The notes below the pieces were generated by a model, which was not told the origin of the DNA, made no database searches, and was given only the letters and a program-made list of their open reading frames with translations. The position numbers and the translations under genes are program-made. Of a stretch of DNA of 64,000 bases, positions 16,133-26,156 are shown in pieces; position 1 is the first letter of the stretch; the number at the start of each line of letters is the position of its first letter. The stretch covers positions 595 through 64,594 of the forward strand of contig JANNYA010000066.1 of NCBI GenBank assembly GCA_031409855.1. The letters are read 5' to 3'. The stretch is from Rhodanobacteraceae bacterium (lineage in GTDB: Bacteria > Pseudomonadota > Gammaproteobacteria > Xanthomonadales > SZUA-5).

Positions 16133-16303
16133 GACTATCCGCCGAAGAAAATGTGAAACAAGCTAGGTTTTGATTGTCTGGCTCCTAGCCGTTCCTGTAA
16201 ACTGAATGCGTAACGACGCGATGCAGCGTTCAGCTGGCGCGACTTACCAGCCGCTGCCTTATTGCGGCATCAGATTTCTTTTCAATTAGATTGAGGTTTA
16301 GCC

Positions 16304-16897
16304 ATGGCAGAGCAGACTGATTTAGGTCGGCGACGCTTTTTAACCGCCACTTGTGCGGTCGTCGGCGGTTCCGGTGTTGCAGTTGCAGCAATACCGTTTT
16401 TATCTACATTTCAACCCAGTGCGAAGGCCCTGTCGGCGGGCGCGCCTACATTGGCGGACGTCAGCAAAATTGCTGAAGGCGGTCAATTAATCGAAGTGTG
16501 GCGTAAACGCCCGGTTTGGATTATTCGCCGCAGCAAGGAAACCTTAGCAGCACTTGCTGGCGAAGACGCGCGGTTGAAAGACCCAAAAAATGAAAATCCT
16601 GAGCAACAGCCGAAATATGCAAATAACGCGTATCGCTCAATTAAACCTGAGCTTTTGGTGTTAGTCGGCAGCTGTACGCATTTGGGTTGTTCACCAAAAT
16701 ACCACCCAGAACTGCAGCCGGAAAGTTGGGATTCCGAGTGGAAAGGCGGTTTTTACTGCCCGTGCCATAATTCCAAGTTCGATATGGCCGGGCGTGTTTA
16801 CAACGGTTCGCCAGCGCCAACCAATTTAGTAGTTCCACCTTACCGCTTTGTTGACGATGGCACGATCATCATTGGCGAAGATCAAGAGGCAGCATAA
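16304..16897 (+). CDS. petA: ubiquinol-cytochrome c reductase Rieske iron-sulfur subunit
   Basis: It has a Tat-type leader (RRRFL) and the Rieske motifs CTHLGCSP and CPCHNSKF. Confidence 0.95.
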   Translation: MAEQTDLGRRRFLTATCAVVGGSGVAVAAIPFLSTFQPSAKALSAGAPTLADVSKIAEGGQLIEVWRKRPVWIIRRSKETLAALAGEDARLKDPKNENPEQQPKYANNAYRSIKPELLVLVGSCTHLGCSPKYHPELQPESWDSEWKGGFYCPCHNSKFDMAGRVYNGSPAPTNLVVPPYRFVDDGTIIIGEDQEAA

Positions 16898-18139
16898 ATG
16901 GCGCGCGCAACCCCGTCTCAAGCAACTGGAGTTTTAGGCTGGCTCGACCAGCGCATGCCGGTTGTCGACTTTTGGAATAAACACGTCGGCCAATATTACG
17001 CGCCGAAAAACTTCAACCTTTGGTATTACTTTGGTTCGTTGGCGCTGCTGGTGCTGGTCAATCAAATTCTGACCGGTATTTTTTTGACGATGCATTACGT
17101 GCCGACCGAAGAAGGCGCATTCGCATCGGTGGAATACATCATGCGCGAGGTTCCTTACGGCTACCTTGTTCGCTACATGCACTCGACCGGCGCTTCGTTC
17201 TTCTTCGTCGTTATTTATTTGCACATGTTTCGAGCCTTTATGTATGGCTCTTATAAAAAGCCGCGTGAATTAATTTGGGTTTTAGGCGTGTTGATTATGC
17301 TTTTGCTGATGGCAGAAGCATTTCTGGGCTACGTTTTGCCTTGGGGCCAAATGAGTTTTTGGGGCGCGCAGGTTATTGTCAGCCTATTCGGTGCGGTGCC
17401 TGAAATTGGCCCAACGCTAGTTGAGTGGATTCAAGGCGATTATTTGCCCTCAGGTGCCACGATTAACCGATTTTTTGCACTTCACGTGATCGCCATGCCG
17501 CTAGCGATTTTGGGTCTGGTAGTGCTGCATTTGGGCGCATTACATGAGGTGGGTTCGAACAATCCCGATGGCGTAGAGATCAAAAAACATAAAGATGCAT
17601 CAGGAAAACCTTTGGATGGCATTCCTTTTCATCCTTATTACACCGTGAAAGATATGTTTGGTGCCGGCTTCTTTTTGATCATCTTTGCCAGCGTAATCTT
17701 TTTCAACCCGACTTTCGGCGGCTTGTTCTTGGAGCACGATAACTTCGTCCAGGCCAATCCTTTGGTTACGCCTGCGCAGATTAAGCCGGTGTGGTATTTC
17801 ACCCCGTTCTACGCCATGTTGCGCGCAATCCCGGACAAACTCGGCGGCGTTATCGTCATGGGGGCGGCCACCCTGATTTTATTCACGCTGCCTTGGCTTG
17901 ATCGCTCGCCGGTTAAATCCATTCGTTATCGCGGTATTTGGTCAAAAATCTTGCTGTTTACTTTTGCCCTGGTGTTCGTGATTTTGGGTTGGTTAGGTTC
18001 GCAAGCGGGTAGCGATGCCCAAACTTGGGTGGCTCGCATCTGTACGGCTATTTACTTTGGATTTTTCCCTGCGCTTTACTTTGTTAGTGCTTACGACAAG
18101 GTGAAGCCCGTTCCCGACCGAGTGACCATGCATGACTAA
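16898..18139 (+). CDS. petB: cytochrome b
   Basis: The conserved cytochrome b sequence is present (WNFGSL-like YYFGSLALL, RYMHSTGASFFF, PEWYF-like KPVWYFTPFYAMLR). It directly follows petA. Confidence 0.95.
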   Translation: MARATPSQATGVLGWLDQRMPVVDFWNKHVGQYYAPKNFNLWYYFGSLALLVLVNQILTGIFLTMHYVPTEEGAFASVEYIMREVPYGYLVRYMHSTGASFFFVVIYLHMFRAFMYGSYKKPRELIWVLGVLIMLLLMAEAFLGYVLPWGQMSFWGAQVIVSLFGAVPEIGPTLVEWIQGDYLPSGATINRFFALHVIAMPLAILGLVVLHLGALHEVGSNNPDGVEIKKHKDASGKPLDGIPFHPYYTVKDMFGAGFFLIIFASVIFFNPTFGGLFLEHDNFVQANPLVTPAQIKPVWYFTPFYAMLRAIPDKLGGVIVMGAATLILFTLPWLDRSPVKSIRYRGIWSKILLFTFALVFVILGWLGSQAGSDAQTWVARICTAIYFGFFPALYFVSAYDKVKPVPDRVTMHD

Positions 18140-18947
18140 GTTCGCCCAAACCCTGTCTAAAATTCTGCTCGGCTTAATCGCCGCAACGGGATTGCTGAGC
18201 ACACAAGCCTTCGCATCTGCTGCGGCTTGTTTGCCTTTCGGCGAAGCGCAAACAAACCCGACGGATGTGCCAACGTTGCAACGTGGTGCGAAGCTGTATT
18301 TCAACTACTGCTCGTCGTGTCATTCACTTCAGTACATGCGCTACTCGCTGCTTGCGCAGGATTTGGATTTGACCGAAGCGCAAGTGATGAGCGACTTGGC
18401 CTACACTGAAGCGAAATTCGGCGATTACATCACCAACAATATGCCCAAGGGTGGTCGTGGTGCAGCGCCCGGCGGTACCGAATGGTTTGGTGCGGCGCCA
18501 CCGGATTTGTCGCTCACTGCCCGTGCGCGTGGTGTTGATTGGATTTATAACTATCTCAAGGGTTTTTATCCCGATCCAAGTCGGCCGGTAGGCTGGAACA
18601 ATCTGACCTTCCCAAATGCATCCATGCCAAATCCACTGTGGGAGCTGCAGGGCTTGCAAGAGCATGTGGTGCATGAAGCGAAAGCGCATGATGCAGCTGC
18701 TGGTGCAGGCGGACACGCCGCAGAAGCTGCGTGCAGCCCCGCGTCTTTGGCGTTAAAAACGCCAGGAACACGCAGCGCACTGCAATATGATGCGGATATT
18801 CAAGACCTGACCAGCTTCATCGAATACGTCGGCGAGCCAGCAATTATCCAGCGCGAAAGCATGGGTGTTTGGGTAATACTTTATTTGGCTGGGCTGACTT
18901 TTTTACTTTGGTTACTTAAAAATGAGTTCTGGAAAGACGTCCATTGA
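18132..18947 (+). CDS. petC: cytochrome c1
   Basis: It has a signal peptide, the heme motif CSSCHSL and a C-terminal TM anchor. It overlaps the petB end by 8 nt. Confidence 0.85.
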   Translation: MTKFAQTLSKILLGLIAATGLLSTQAFASAAACLPFGEAQTNPTDVPTLQRGAKLYFNYCSSCHSLQYMRYSLLAQDLDLTEAQVMSDLAYTEAKFGDYITNNMPKGGRGAAPGGTEWFGAAPPDLSLTARARGVDWIYNYLKGFYPDPSRPVGWNNLTFPNASMPNPLWELQGLQEHVVHEAKAHDAAAGAGGHAAEAACSPASLALKTPGTRSALQYDADIQDLTSFIEYVGEPAIIQRESMGVWVILYLAGLTFLLWLLKNEFWKDVH

Positions 18948-18960
18948 TGAGCTTAGTTAA

Positions 18961-19386
18961 GTGAATAAACGTGGCCCGACCTCGAAAAAGCCCTATTTGC
19001 TGCGAGCGATGTACGAATGGATTGTTGATAACGATCTGACGCCGCATTTATTGGTCGATGCGACTGCAAAAGGTGTTTTTGTACCGCCGAGCGCGGTCAA
19101 AGATGACCGCGTGCTGCTCAATATCGCACCACGTGCGGTGTTCGGGCTTAATTTGGGCAATGATTTGGTGTCACTAAAGGCATCTTTCGGCGGTGCGCAG
19201 CGTGAAGTAAGTTTCCCGCTTGCATCGGTACTCGCAATTTACTCGCGTGAAGATATTCAGCATGGCATTGTGTTTGGTGCAGAAGACGAAGTCGACGGCG
19301 ATTTGCCGCCTGAAGATGACGTGCGAGTAGATGAACCCGCGAAACCAGAACGAAAAGGTCGCGCGAATCTGCGCGTGGTGAAGTGA
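18961..19386 (+). CDS. sspB: ClpXP adaptor, stringent starvation protein B
   Basis: The N-terminal KPYLLRAMYEWIVDNDLTPHLLVD and the C-terminal basic tail RANLRVVK are typical of SspB. The start codon is GTG. Confidence 0.85.
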   Translation: MNKRGPTSKKPYLLRAMYEWIVDNDLTPHLLVDATAKGVFVPPSAVKDDRVLLNIAPRAVFGLNLGNDLVSLKASFGGAQREVSFPLASVLAIYSREDIQHGIVFGAEDEVDGDLPPEDDVRVDEPAKPERKGRANLRVVK

Positions 19387-21212
19387 CCAATCGTGCTGCA
19401 CTCGCAGCACACGAAGTTTCAAAAAAGACTGCTTCGGCGGCACAGAAATTTCTAGCCGCCCGTTGGCTCTGGCTGCTTGCGGTACTTGTGCTGTTTAGTG
19501 GCTTCCTGCAACGCGGCCCCTGGCCCGCCGACGAACCCAGATTTGCACAAGTCGCGCAACAAATGGTTGCCTCGGGTGACTATTGGTTTCCGCACCGGGG
19601 TATTGAGATTTACCCTGATAAACCGCCGGTATTGATGTGGCTGCAAGCGGGCTTCTATCACTTGACCGGCAGTTGGAACGCGGCTTTTCTATTGCCCTCC
19701 TTGTTGGCGGGCATGGGCACGCTGCTACTGGTATTCGATCTGAGCCTGCGGCTATTCGGCGCACGCGCGGCGCGCATAAGCACCCTGGCATTGCTGTTGA
19801 GCGTGCATTTTAGCTATCAATTCAAGAAAGCCCAGATTGATCCGCTGCTGGTGTTTTTCGTAACTCTTAGCGTTTACGCACTGCTGCGCTACTTGTTGTT
19901 AGGGGCGAGACAGCGTTGGCTGTTCATTGGCGCATTTTTTGCTGGTGTAGGCGTGATCACCAAGGGCGTCGGTGTGATCGCGCTTTTGATTTTTTTGCCC
20001 TACTTACTAGCAAAACAGCTGCAGGCAAAGGGCATCGTACAACACGCTGAAAAAACGCCTCCATGGCGTGCGGTTTTGCTGGTTGTGGGTGGTTTTTTGC
20101 TGCCAATTGCCCTTTGGCTCGGGCCCTTGATTTGGCAAGTTTATGTTGCTCCGACGCCTGAGCGATTGGCGTATTTGCAAAATATCCTGTTCAAGCAAAC
20201 CGCACAGCGCTTTGCTGCCGCTTGGCACCACCAACAGGGGCCGCTCTATTTTCCCGAGGTGATGCTCACTACCTGGATGCCTGTTATTTTTGTATTGCCT
20301 TGGGCGCTGCGCAGCTGGTGGCGGCGACTTCGCGGCGTACACGCTGGCGCTCTTGGGCTAATCCAACAGCCTTTTCTTAGAAAGCCTGACGCACGCTACG
20401 TGCTGCTACTGGGCTGGGTGCTGTGTGTGTTGCTGTTTTTTAGCCTTTCCAAAGGCAAACGCGATATGTATATCTTGCCCGCCTTGCCCATGCTGGCGGT
20501 AATTAGCGGGCCTGCATTGATTTTAGCCTTGCGCAAAACGGGTTTCCAGATGCTTTGCTATAGCTTTGCCGCCCTGCTTGCTAGCGCACTTTTAGGCGGT
20601 GGCTTGGCGGCGTTACTTGCTGAGCCCAAATTTGAGCGTAATTTTGAAGCCAACTATGAGTTGATGGGCGCGAACGACGCGATTTGGCTGTTATTTGCCA
20701 GCGTCGGCGCGCTTGCGCTATTGGCTTGCACATTGGCCATGTTTTGGCGACGCATTCGCGGTGGCTTCGCCGCTTACTGCGCCGTGCTAACCCTGATTTG
20801 GACACTAATTTTTGGTTTTGTTGGCTATCCGCTCTTTGACGCCACCGCCAGTGCGCGCGCGGTCATGCAACGTGCGCGCACTGCAGTCGGGCCGCAAGTT
20901 CGCATTGGCCTAGTCGCCTGGAAAGAGCAAAACTATCTGCAATTAGCCGGGCCAAAAACCGATTTTGGCTTTTTAGCGCCGCACAGCGTGCAACGCGTTG
21001 CAGCATTTGATTGGCTACGCGAACAACCCGAAGAACGCGCTCTGTTTATTTTGGATGACGCCTTGGGCCAGTGTGTAGCTCGCAGCCGCAGCGTCAATTT
21101 AGGTCAAGCAAATCGACGCGTTTGGTGGTTAGTGCGCGTGGGCGCGCTGAAAGCCGACTGTGACGCCAGTGCCCAAATCGCTCCAAACGTGGATTCAGAA
21201 TTGCTCGAATAG
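19383..21212 (+). CDS. glycosyltransferase family 39 (ArnT/PMT-like) polytopic membrane protein
   Basis: It has about 12 predicted hydrophobic segments and the periplasmic-loop motif [16 protein letters not shown]...[11 protein letters not shown] typical of ArnT/PMT_2 enzymes. Its start overlaps the sspB stop (GTGA). Confidence 0.8.
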   Translation: MTNRAALAAHEVSKKTASAAQKFLAARWLWLLAVLVLFSGFLQRGPWPADEPRFAQVAQQMVASGDYWFPHRGIEIYPDKPPVLMWLQAGFYHLTGSWNAAFLLPSLLAGMGTLLLVFDLSLRLFGARAARISTLALLLSVHFSYQFKKAQIDPLLVFFVTLSVYALLRYLLLGARQRWLFIGAFFAGVGVITKGVGVIALLIFLPYLLAKQLQAKGIVQHAEKTPPWRAVLLVVGGFLLPIALWLGPLIWQVYVAPTPERLAYLQNILFKQTAQRFAAAWHHQQGPLYFPEVMLTTWMPVIFVLPWALRSWWRRLRGVHAGALGLIQQPFLRKPDARYVLLLGWVLCVLLFFSLSKGKRDMYILPALPMLAVISGPALILALRKTGFQMLCYSFAALLASALLGGGLAALLAEPKFERNFEANYELMGANDAIWLLFASVGALALLACTLAMFWRRIRGGFAAYCAVLTLIWTLIFGFVGYPLFDATASARAVMQRARTAVGPQVRIGLVAWKEQNYLQLAGPKTDFGFLAPHSVQRVAAFDWLREQPEERALFILDDALGQCVARSRSVNLGQANRRVWWLVRVGALKADCDASAQIAPNVDSELLE

Positions 21213-21334
21213 CGTATCGTGCCAACGTGGCACCCGTTAAAACGACTGAAAAGCCTGCGTTCAGCGAAAAACTGGAATGGAGCGAGGCGAAAACGCTACA
21301 CTCCGCGCCCTTATCTACAAATCGGGGCCGTTCC

Positions 21335-21625
21335 ATGGCACGCATTACCGTCGAAGACTGCTTATTTGTTATTCCTAATCGCTTTGATTTGGTGTTGATG
21401 GCCAGCAAGCGCTCGCGTCAGCTCGCTAAAGGCGCTGACCCTTTGGTGTCGGCATCCGACGATAAGCCGACTGTTTTAGCTTTGCGCGAAATTGCCGCAA
21501 ATAAAGTAACGGATGAATTATTGGCGACGGTAGAGAAGTTCGAGCGCGAACGCGCCGAGCGCGAGGCAATGGAATGGGCCGCAACGCAAGTCGTTGATGA
21601 TGATCTGGGCAAAGACGTCGACTGA
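21335..21625 (+). CDS. rpoZ: DNA-directed RNA polymerase subunit omega
   Basis: [10 protein letters not shown]...[16 protein letters not shown] is the canonical omega N-terminus. The upstream ORF extension from 21227 is rejected. Confidence 0.9.
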   Translation: MARITVEDCLFVIPNRFDLVLMASKRSRQLAKGADPLVSASDDKPTVLALREIAANKVTDELLATVEKFERERAEREAMEWAATQVVDDDLGKDVD

Positions 21626-21867
21626 TTAGACCTATACAGCATTCGGCAATGACCCGGCAGCTGCTGCTGGCAGTCATTGCGATGCTGACATAAGGCTCAT
21701 CAAAGGCCCGTTGGTTTATTGTCAACGCACACACATTGTTTGCGTTATGGTTTAACTTGGGGCTAATGAGTCATGCGCTCACTTACCTCGTGCGCTCACT
21801 AATTTTAAGTGTCGCCTGATCGGCAAGACTAGTTCACCTCTTAGTTTTCTAAAACGGAGCAATTACC

Positions 21868-22086
21868 ATGATGGGTTTGAGCATTTGGCATTTAATAATT
21901 TTACTCGTTGTCGTTGTCTTAGTTTTTGGCACCAAAAAGCTGAGCAATGCGGGTAAAGATTTAGGCGCTGCGGTGAAAGGCTTCAAAGACGGTATGTCGG
22001 GGGATCAACCTCAGGCAAAGCTGGAAGCCGATCCACCGCCTGCGCAAACCAGTGCAAACAGCGTGAAAGACGAGCATAAAGCGTAG
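21868..22086 (+). CDS. tatA: twin-arginine translocase subunit TatA
   Basis: The N-terminal TM and hinge are [16 protein letters not shown], followed by an amphipathic helix. Confidence 0.9.
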   Translation: MMGLSIWHLIILLVVVVLVFGTKKLSNAGKDLGAAVKGFKDGMSGDQPQAKLEADPPPAQTSANSVKDEHKA

Positions 22087-22092
22087 TTAAGT

Positions 22093-22521
22093 ATGTTCGA
22101 GGTCGGCTTTAGCGAAATTGCGGTCATCGCAGTCATAGCGTTGATTGTGTTGGGGCCAGAGCGCCTGCCAAAAGCAGCACGCATGGTCGGCACATTTATG
22201 CGCAAAGCCAGGCGCAGCTTTGAAAGCCTGAAGTATGAAGTTGAGCGCGAATTAGAAGCGGATGAGTTAAAAAAGCAGTTTGCGCAGATTGCCGCTGCGC
22301 CTGCGGCCTTTGCCAACGAGCTGCAGCAGCCATTCGAAGAAGCCAAGGCTGCCCTTGAGCACAATGTCGATGCCTTGATGCAGTCAGCCAAGGAAGCTTG
22401 GCCGGATGCACCTACATCGAAAGTTGATCTGGCAAAGCCTTCGCGGGTTGCTGCTGTTGATACAGCGCCTAAGATGAACGAAATAGCGGTTCAAACCAAC
22501 GAGTCACGTTCCGGCCCATGA
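22093..22521 (+). CDS. tatB: twin-arginine translocase subunit TatB
   Basis: MFEVGFSEIAVIAVIALIVLGPERLPKAAR is the TatB signature. The gene sits between tatA and tatC. Confidence 0.9.
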   Translation: MFEVGFSEIAVIAVIALIVLGPERLPKAARMVGTFMRKARRSFESLKYEVERELEADELKKQFAQIAAAPAAFANELQQPFEEAKAALEHNVDALMQSAKEAWPDAPTSKVDLAKPSRVAAVDTAPKMNEIAVQTNESRSGP

Positions 22522-23270
22522 GCACCGACACCGAGCAGCCGCTGATCGCGCATTTGCTAGAGTTGCGCACGCGCCTACTGCGCGCCATTGTTGGCGTATT
22601 TATTTGCCTCGTTTTACTGCTACCGATTGCGAATAAACTGTATGGCTGGCTGGCGATACCGGTGCTAAAAATGTTGCCTGCAGGCGGTCAAATGATTGCC
22701 ACGGATCCAATTTCGCCGTTTCTAACACCGCTTAAGCTGGCATTGATGTCAGCGTTAGTGATGGCAGCACCCTGGGTGCTTTACCAGCTGTGGGCTTTTG
22801 TCGCGCCTGGGCTGTATCACAAAGAAAAGCGCTTAGCGGTGCCGCTTTTGGTCTCAGCAACCGCGTTGTTTTATATCGGCTGTGCGTTTGCGTACTTTTT
22901 AGTGTTGCCGGCGGTTTTTAAATTCACCACCGCCGTCGCACCCGAAGGCGTCGCGGTAATGACGGATATTGGTAAGTATCTAGATTTCGTGATCGTGACC
23001 TTTATTGCCTTTGGCGTCGCCTTCGAGGTGCCGGTCGCGGTGGTGATTCTGGTTGCGCTGGGTTGGGTAACCATCCCGCAACTTCGTGAAGCGCGCAGCT
23101 ATGTCATCGTTGGCGCGTTTGTAATTGCAGCGGTGATGACACCTCCCGATGCGGTTTCGATGTTGATGATGGCGATACCCATGTGCCTGCTTTATGAAAT
23201 CGGCATTATTGCAGCGTCCTGGATACGCACCGGCAAAGCCGATGCTACTGACGCGAAATTACCCAGTTAG
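22518..23270 (+). CDS. tatC: twin-arginine translocase subunit TatC
   Basis: It is a six-TM protein with PLIAHLLELRTRL and the conserved MTPPD loop. Its start overlaps the tatB stop (ATGA). Confidence 0.95.
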   Translation: MSTDTEQPLIAHLLELRTRLLRAIVGVFICLVLLLPIANKLYGWLAIPVLKMLPAGGQMIATDPISPFLTPLKLALMSALVMAAPWVLYQLWAFVAPGLYHKEKRLAVPLLVSATALFYIGCAFAYFLVLPAVFKFTTAVAPEGVAVMTDIGKYLDFVIVTFIAFGVAFEVPVAVVILVALGWVTIPQLREARSYVIVGAFVIAAVMTPPDAVSMLMMAIPMCLLYEIGIIAASWIRTGKADATDAKLPS

Positions 23271-23300
23271 CAACGCTGATCGGTTTAACGCAGAGTTTGC

Positions 23301-23876
23301 TTAAAGCTGCTTTCGCTTTGGCGCTGTGCGGCCAAAAACGACGACATCCTCGGCGCGGCCATCCTTTACGACATGTGCGCGCAGCTTGCCTTCACGGCGA
23401 AAGCCAGCACCGCGCAGCACCGCATGGCTTGCAGTATTTTCGGGAAAGCAAAGCCCGTAGATGCGGTTGATGTGGCGCGCGGTAAAAACGTGCTCACACA
23501 AACCCTCGACCGCAGCGCGCATGAGCCCTCGGCCACGATAAGGCTCACCCAGCCAATAGCCAATTTCAGCGCGCGCATGCTCAGGCTCAAAGCTCAGGCC
23601 GATCGAACCCACCAGATGCCCGCGCAGGCTCAGCGCGTAGATAAGCTCGATGCCGTCTACAAAACGTGCGTCCAGTCCGGCAATCCACTCCGCCGCAGCC
23701 TCAACGCTGTAGGGCAAGGGAATGCCCAGCGTGTAGCGCACCACTGAGGTCACGCCGGCCAAACCAGCCAAACGTGGGGCATCAGTTGCGGCAAAGGCGC
23801 GCAAGCAAAAGCCCGGGACCTCGCGAATACGAATCGTTTGCACGGCTTGGAACGACGCATTGGTTATCGAGGTCAT
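23301..23876 (-). CDS. GNAT family N-acetyltransferase (RimJ/RimL-like)
   Basis: It has the acetyl-CoA binding pattern WLGEPYRGRGLMRAAVEGL and the C-terminal NTASHAVLRGAGFRREG. The start is taken at MTSITN. Confidence 0.8.
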   Translation of the reverse strand: MTSITNASFQAVQTIRIREVPGFCLRAFAATDAPRLAGLAGVTSVVRYTLGIPLPYSVEAAAEWIAGLDARFVDGIELIYALSLRGHLVGSIGLSFEPEHARAEIGYWLGEPYRGRGLMRAAVEGLCEHVFTARHINRIYGLCFPENTASHAVLRGAGFRREGKLRAHVVKDGRAEDVVVFGRTAPKRKQL

Positions 23877-24033
23877 GCTGGATTGTTGCCGCAAAATGAA
23901 ACTGAATGACAGCAATGATTAAACGCCAAATTGCGCTGCCTTAACTGGAATTTACCACGGCAAACACTATCTTTGACCCAGTTGTTAAATTCGTTAAGTA
24001 TGTTAATTTCATTAAATCAAAAAGGAGCAACCC

Positions 24034-24723
24034 ATGTCTATGCGCGTCCTCGTCATTGAAGACAACCCTGATATCGCCGCCAATATTGGCGATTACTTAG
24101 AAGATCGTGGCCACGTAGTCGATTTCGCCCGTGACGGTGGCAGCGGCTATACGATGGCGGCGGAAAATGAGTTCGACGTGATCGTGCTGGATCTGATGTT
24201 GCCGGTAATGGACGGCCTTGATGTGTGCAAAAAGCTGCGTACCGAAGCGCGCAAGCCGACCCCGGTTTTGATGCTGACCGCGCGCGATTCATTGCAGCAA
24301 AAACTTGCAGGGTTTGCGACTGGCACCGACGACTACATGGTGAAACCCTTTGCGCTGCAAGAGCTGGAAGCGCGGCTTTTGGTGCTGGTGCGGCGCTCCA
24401 AACCACCGGTGGCCAGAATTTTGGACGTTTCCGAGCTGAGTTTTAATTTAGACACACTGGTGGTCACTCGCCAGGAGCAGCAAATTACGCTGAATCCAAT
24501 CGCGCTCAAATTACTGCAGTGTTTAATGGAAGCATCGCCCTCAGTGGTCACCCGTCAAGAGCTTGAACGCCGCGTTTGGGGTGAGGAATTGCCAGATAGC
24601 GACAGTTTGCGGGTTCATATTCACAGCTTGCGCGCGGCAATCGACAAGCCGTTTAATAGCCAATACTTACAAACCCGGCACGGCATTGGCTATCGACTCG
24701 TTGACCCCACAGCTTCCGCATAA
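24034..24723 (+). CDS. OmpR/PhoB-family response regulator
   Basis: The REC domain shows VLVIEDN, VIVLDLMLPVMDG and DDYMVKPF. The winged-helix domain shows LNPIALKLLQCL...RHGIGYRL. Confidence 0.9.
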   Translation: MSMRVLVIEDNPDIAANIGDYLEDRGHVVDFARDGGSGYTMAAENEFDVIVLDLMLPVMDGLDVCKKLRTEARKPTPVLMLTARDSLQQKLAGFATGTDDYMVKPFALQELEARLLVLVRRSKPPVARILDVSELSFNLDTLVVTRQEQQITLNPIALKLLQCLMEASPSVVTRQELERRVWGEELPDSDSLRVHIHSLRAAIDKPFNSQYLQTRHGIGYRLVDPTASA

Positions 24724-26017
24724 GCGCCACCGCAAGCGCCTACGCACTCGAATCATTTGGTCAGTCTTGGCGATTGGCACGCTGCTCAGCGTGCTGTTCG
24801 CCGTATTTGCACTTATTTTGCGGGAGAACCTCGAAGATCGCATGATTGATCGGCGCATCCAAACCGAGGTCGTCAGCTTTGCGGATCAATACAAGTTAGA
24901 TCCAAGCACGGGTTTCGAGTATTCGGTCATTCGCGCGCGGGTGGTCAGCGACAATAAATACGACAACCTGCCGGAAGCCTGGAAAGGCTTAAAACCCGGC
25001 GTGCATCGTGTGATCGAGGACAATGGCGAAAAAGCAACCGGCGGCGGCAGCCGCATCGCCTACAAGCTGGCGATTTTGTACCGTGAGCCACTGTGGTTTT
25101 TTATACGCTACGACATTACTGCCGAGGAGCGCACGCGGCGCGTCGTTACCTATTCCATTGTCTTCGCCGTCATTGCCTTTTCCGGCTTGGCCCTATTGCT
25201 CGGTTTTTACGCCTCAAGCCGGGTGATGTCACCGGTCGCTGACTTACTGCGCCGCCTGACTAGATTAAGTCGGAAAGGAAAAGTCGAAGCGCTGGCCCCG
25301 CACTTTGCTGATGATGAAGTCGGGCAGCTTGCACATGCGCTAGATGATTATGCGCAAAAGCTTACCGAACTGGTCGAGCGTGATCGCGAATTTAACTCGG
25401 ACGTGAGCCATGAGCTGCGCACGCCACTTGCAATTATTCAAAGCACGACCGAATTAATGCTCAGCATGCCAAATTTGGCCGACAAAGTGCGCGAGCGACT
25501 GGCCAGGATCGACCGCGCATCAAAGCAATCAACGGAATTAATCACCGCGTTACTGCACCTTTCACGCGGTGAAAAGCAAGCGCCGAATGACGGTGAATAC
25601 ACTGAATTAAGCGCGATGATCGGCACGGTCGTTGATAATAATCGCTATCACTTGATCGGCCGCCCGGTACAAGTGGAGCTGGATGCGTCGCAGAAGCTCG
25701 ATGTTGCCGCGCCCGAATCGGTGCTTTCCGTCGTGCTTGGAAATTTAGTCGGCAATGCTTTTAAATATACCCGTGAAGGCTCGGTGCGCATTATTGTGCA
25801 TGCGGATCGGGTGACGGTTGAAGACACCGGCCCCGGCATTCCAGAATCTGAGCGCGAGCAGGTGTTTGACCGACATTTTCGCGGCAGTACCGGCGGGGGC
25901 AGTGGTGCCGGGCTCGGCCTGTCGATTGTGCGTCGATTGTGCGCACTTTATGGCTGGAGCGTCGAACTTGAGCCGCGCGTGCCGCATGGAATTAAGGCGG
26001 TGTTGCGGCTGCTTTAG
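24701..26017 (+). CDS. sensor histidine kinase (partner of the 24034-24723 regulator)
   Basis: It has two TM segments, a HAMP-like linker, the H-box FNSDVSHELRTPL and the ATPase motifs VEDTGPGIP and GAGLGLSIV. The in-frame TTG at 24701 is the likeliest start. The ORF-track start at 24563 overlaps the regulator by 160 nt. Confidence 0.85.
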   Translation: MTPQLPHKRHRKRLRTRIIWSVLAIGTLLSVLFAVFALILRENLEDRMIDRRIQTEVVSFADQYKLDPSTGFEYSVIRARVVSDNKYDNLPEAWKGLKPGVHRVIEDNGEKATGGGSRIAYKLAILYREPLWFFIRYDITAEERTRRVVTYSIVFAVIAFSGLALLLGFYASSRVMSPVADLLRRLTRLSRKGKVEALAPHFADDEVGQLAHALDDYAQKLTELVERDREFNSDVSHELRTPLAIIQSTTELMLSMPNLADKVRERLARIDRASKQSTELITALLHLSRGEKQAPNDGEYTELSAMIGTVVDNNRYHLIGRPVQVELDASQKLDVAAPESVLSVVLGNLVGNAFKYTREGSVRIIVHADRVTVEDTGPGIPESEREQVFDRHFRGSTGGGSGAGLGLSIVRRLCALYGWSVELEPRVPHGIKAVLRLL

Positions 26018-26156
26018 CCTAAAATCTAGCTGATTTAGTCGGTGCGCTAGCAGCGCCGACGCCCGCATTTTTCCTTAACTAATTCTTAATTTTTGACGAA
26101 TCGTGCACGTGCCGCTATCTTAGGCCTCGTTTTCGCGTCGCGCATGAGGTTTCTGC

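Noticed and set aside
21646-21680. Stem-loop after rpoZ (GCAATGAC...GTCATTGC with an inner GC-rich stem) as a terminator
   Set aside because: There is no trailing T-tract. It may be a structural element, but I cannot support a terminator call from sequence alone.
24563-24700. Histidine kinase start at 24563
   Set aside because: It would overlap the response regulator gene by 160 nt in another frame. The TTG at 24701 or a nearby start gives the usual short overlap.
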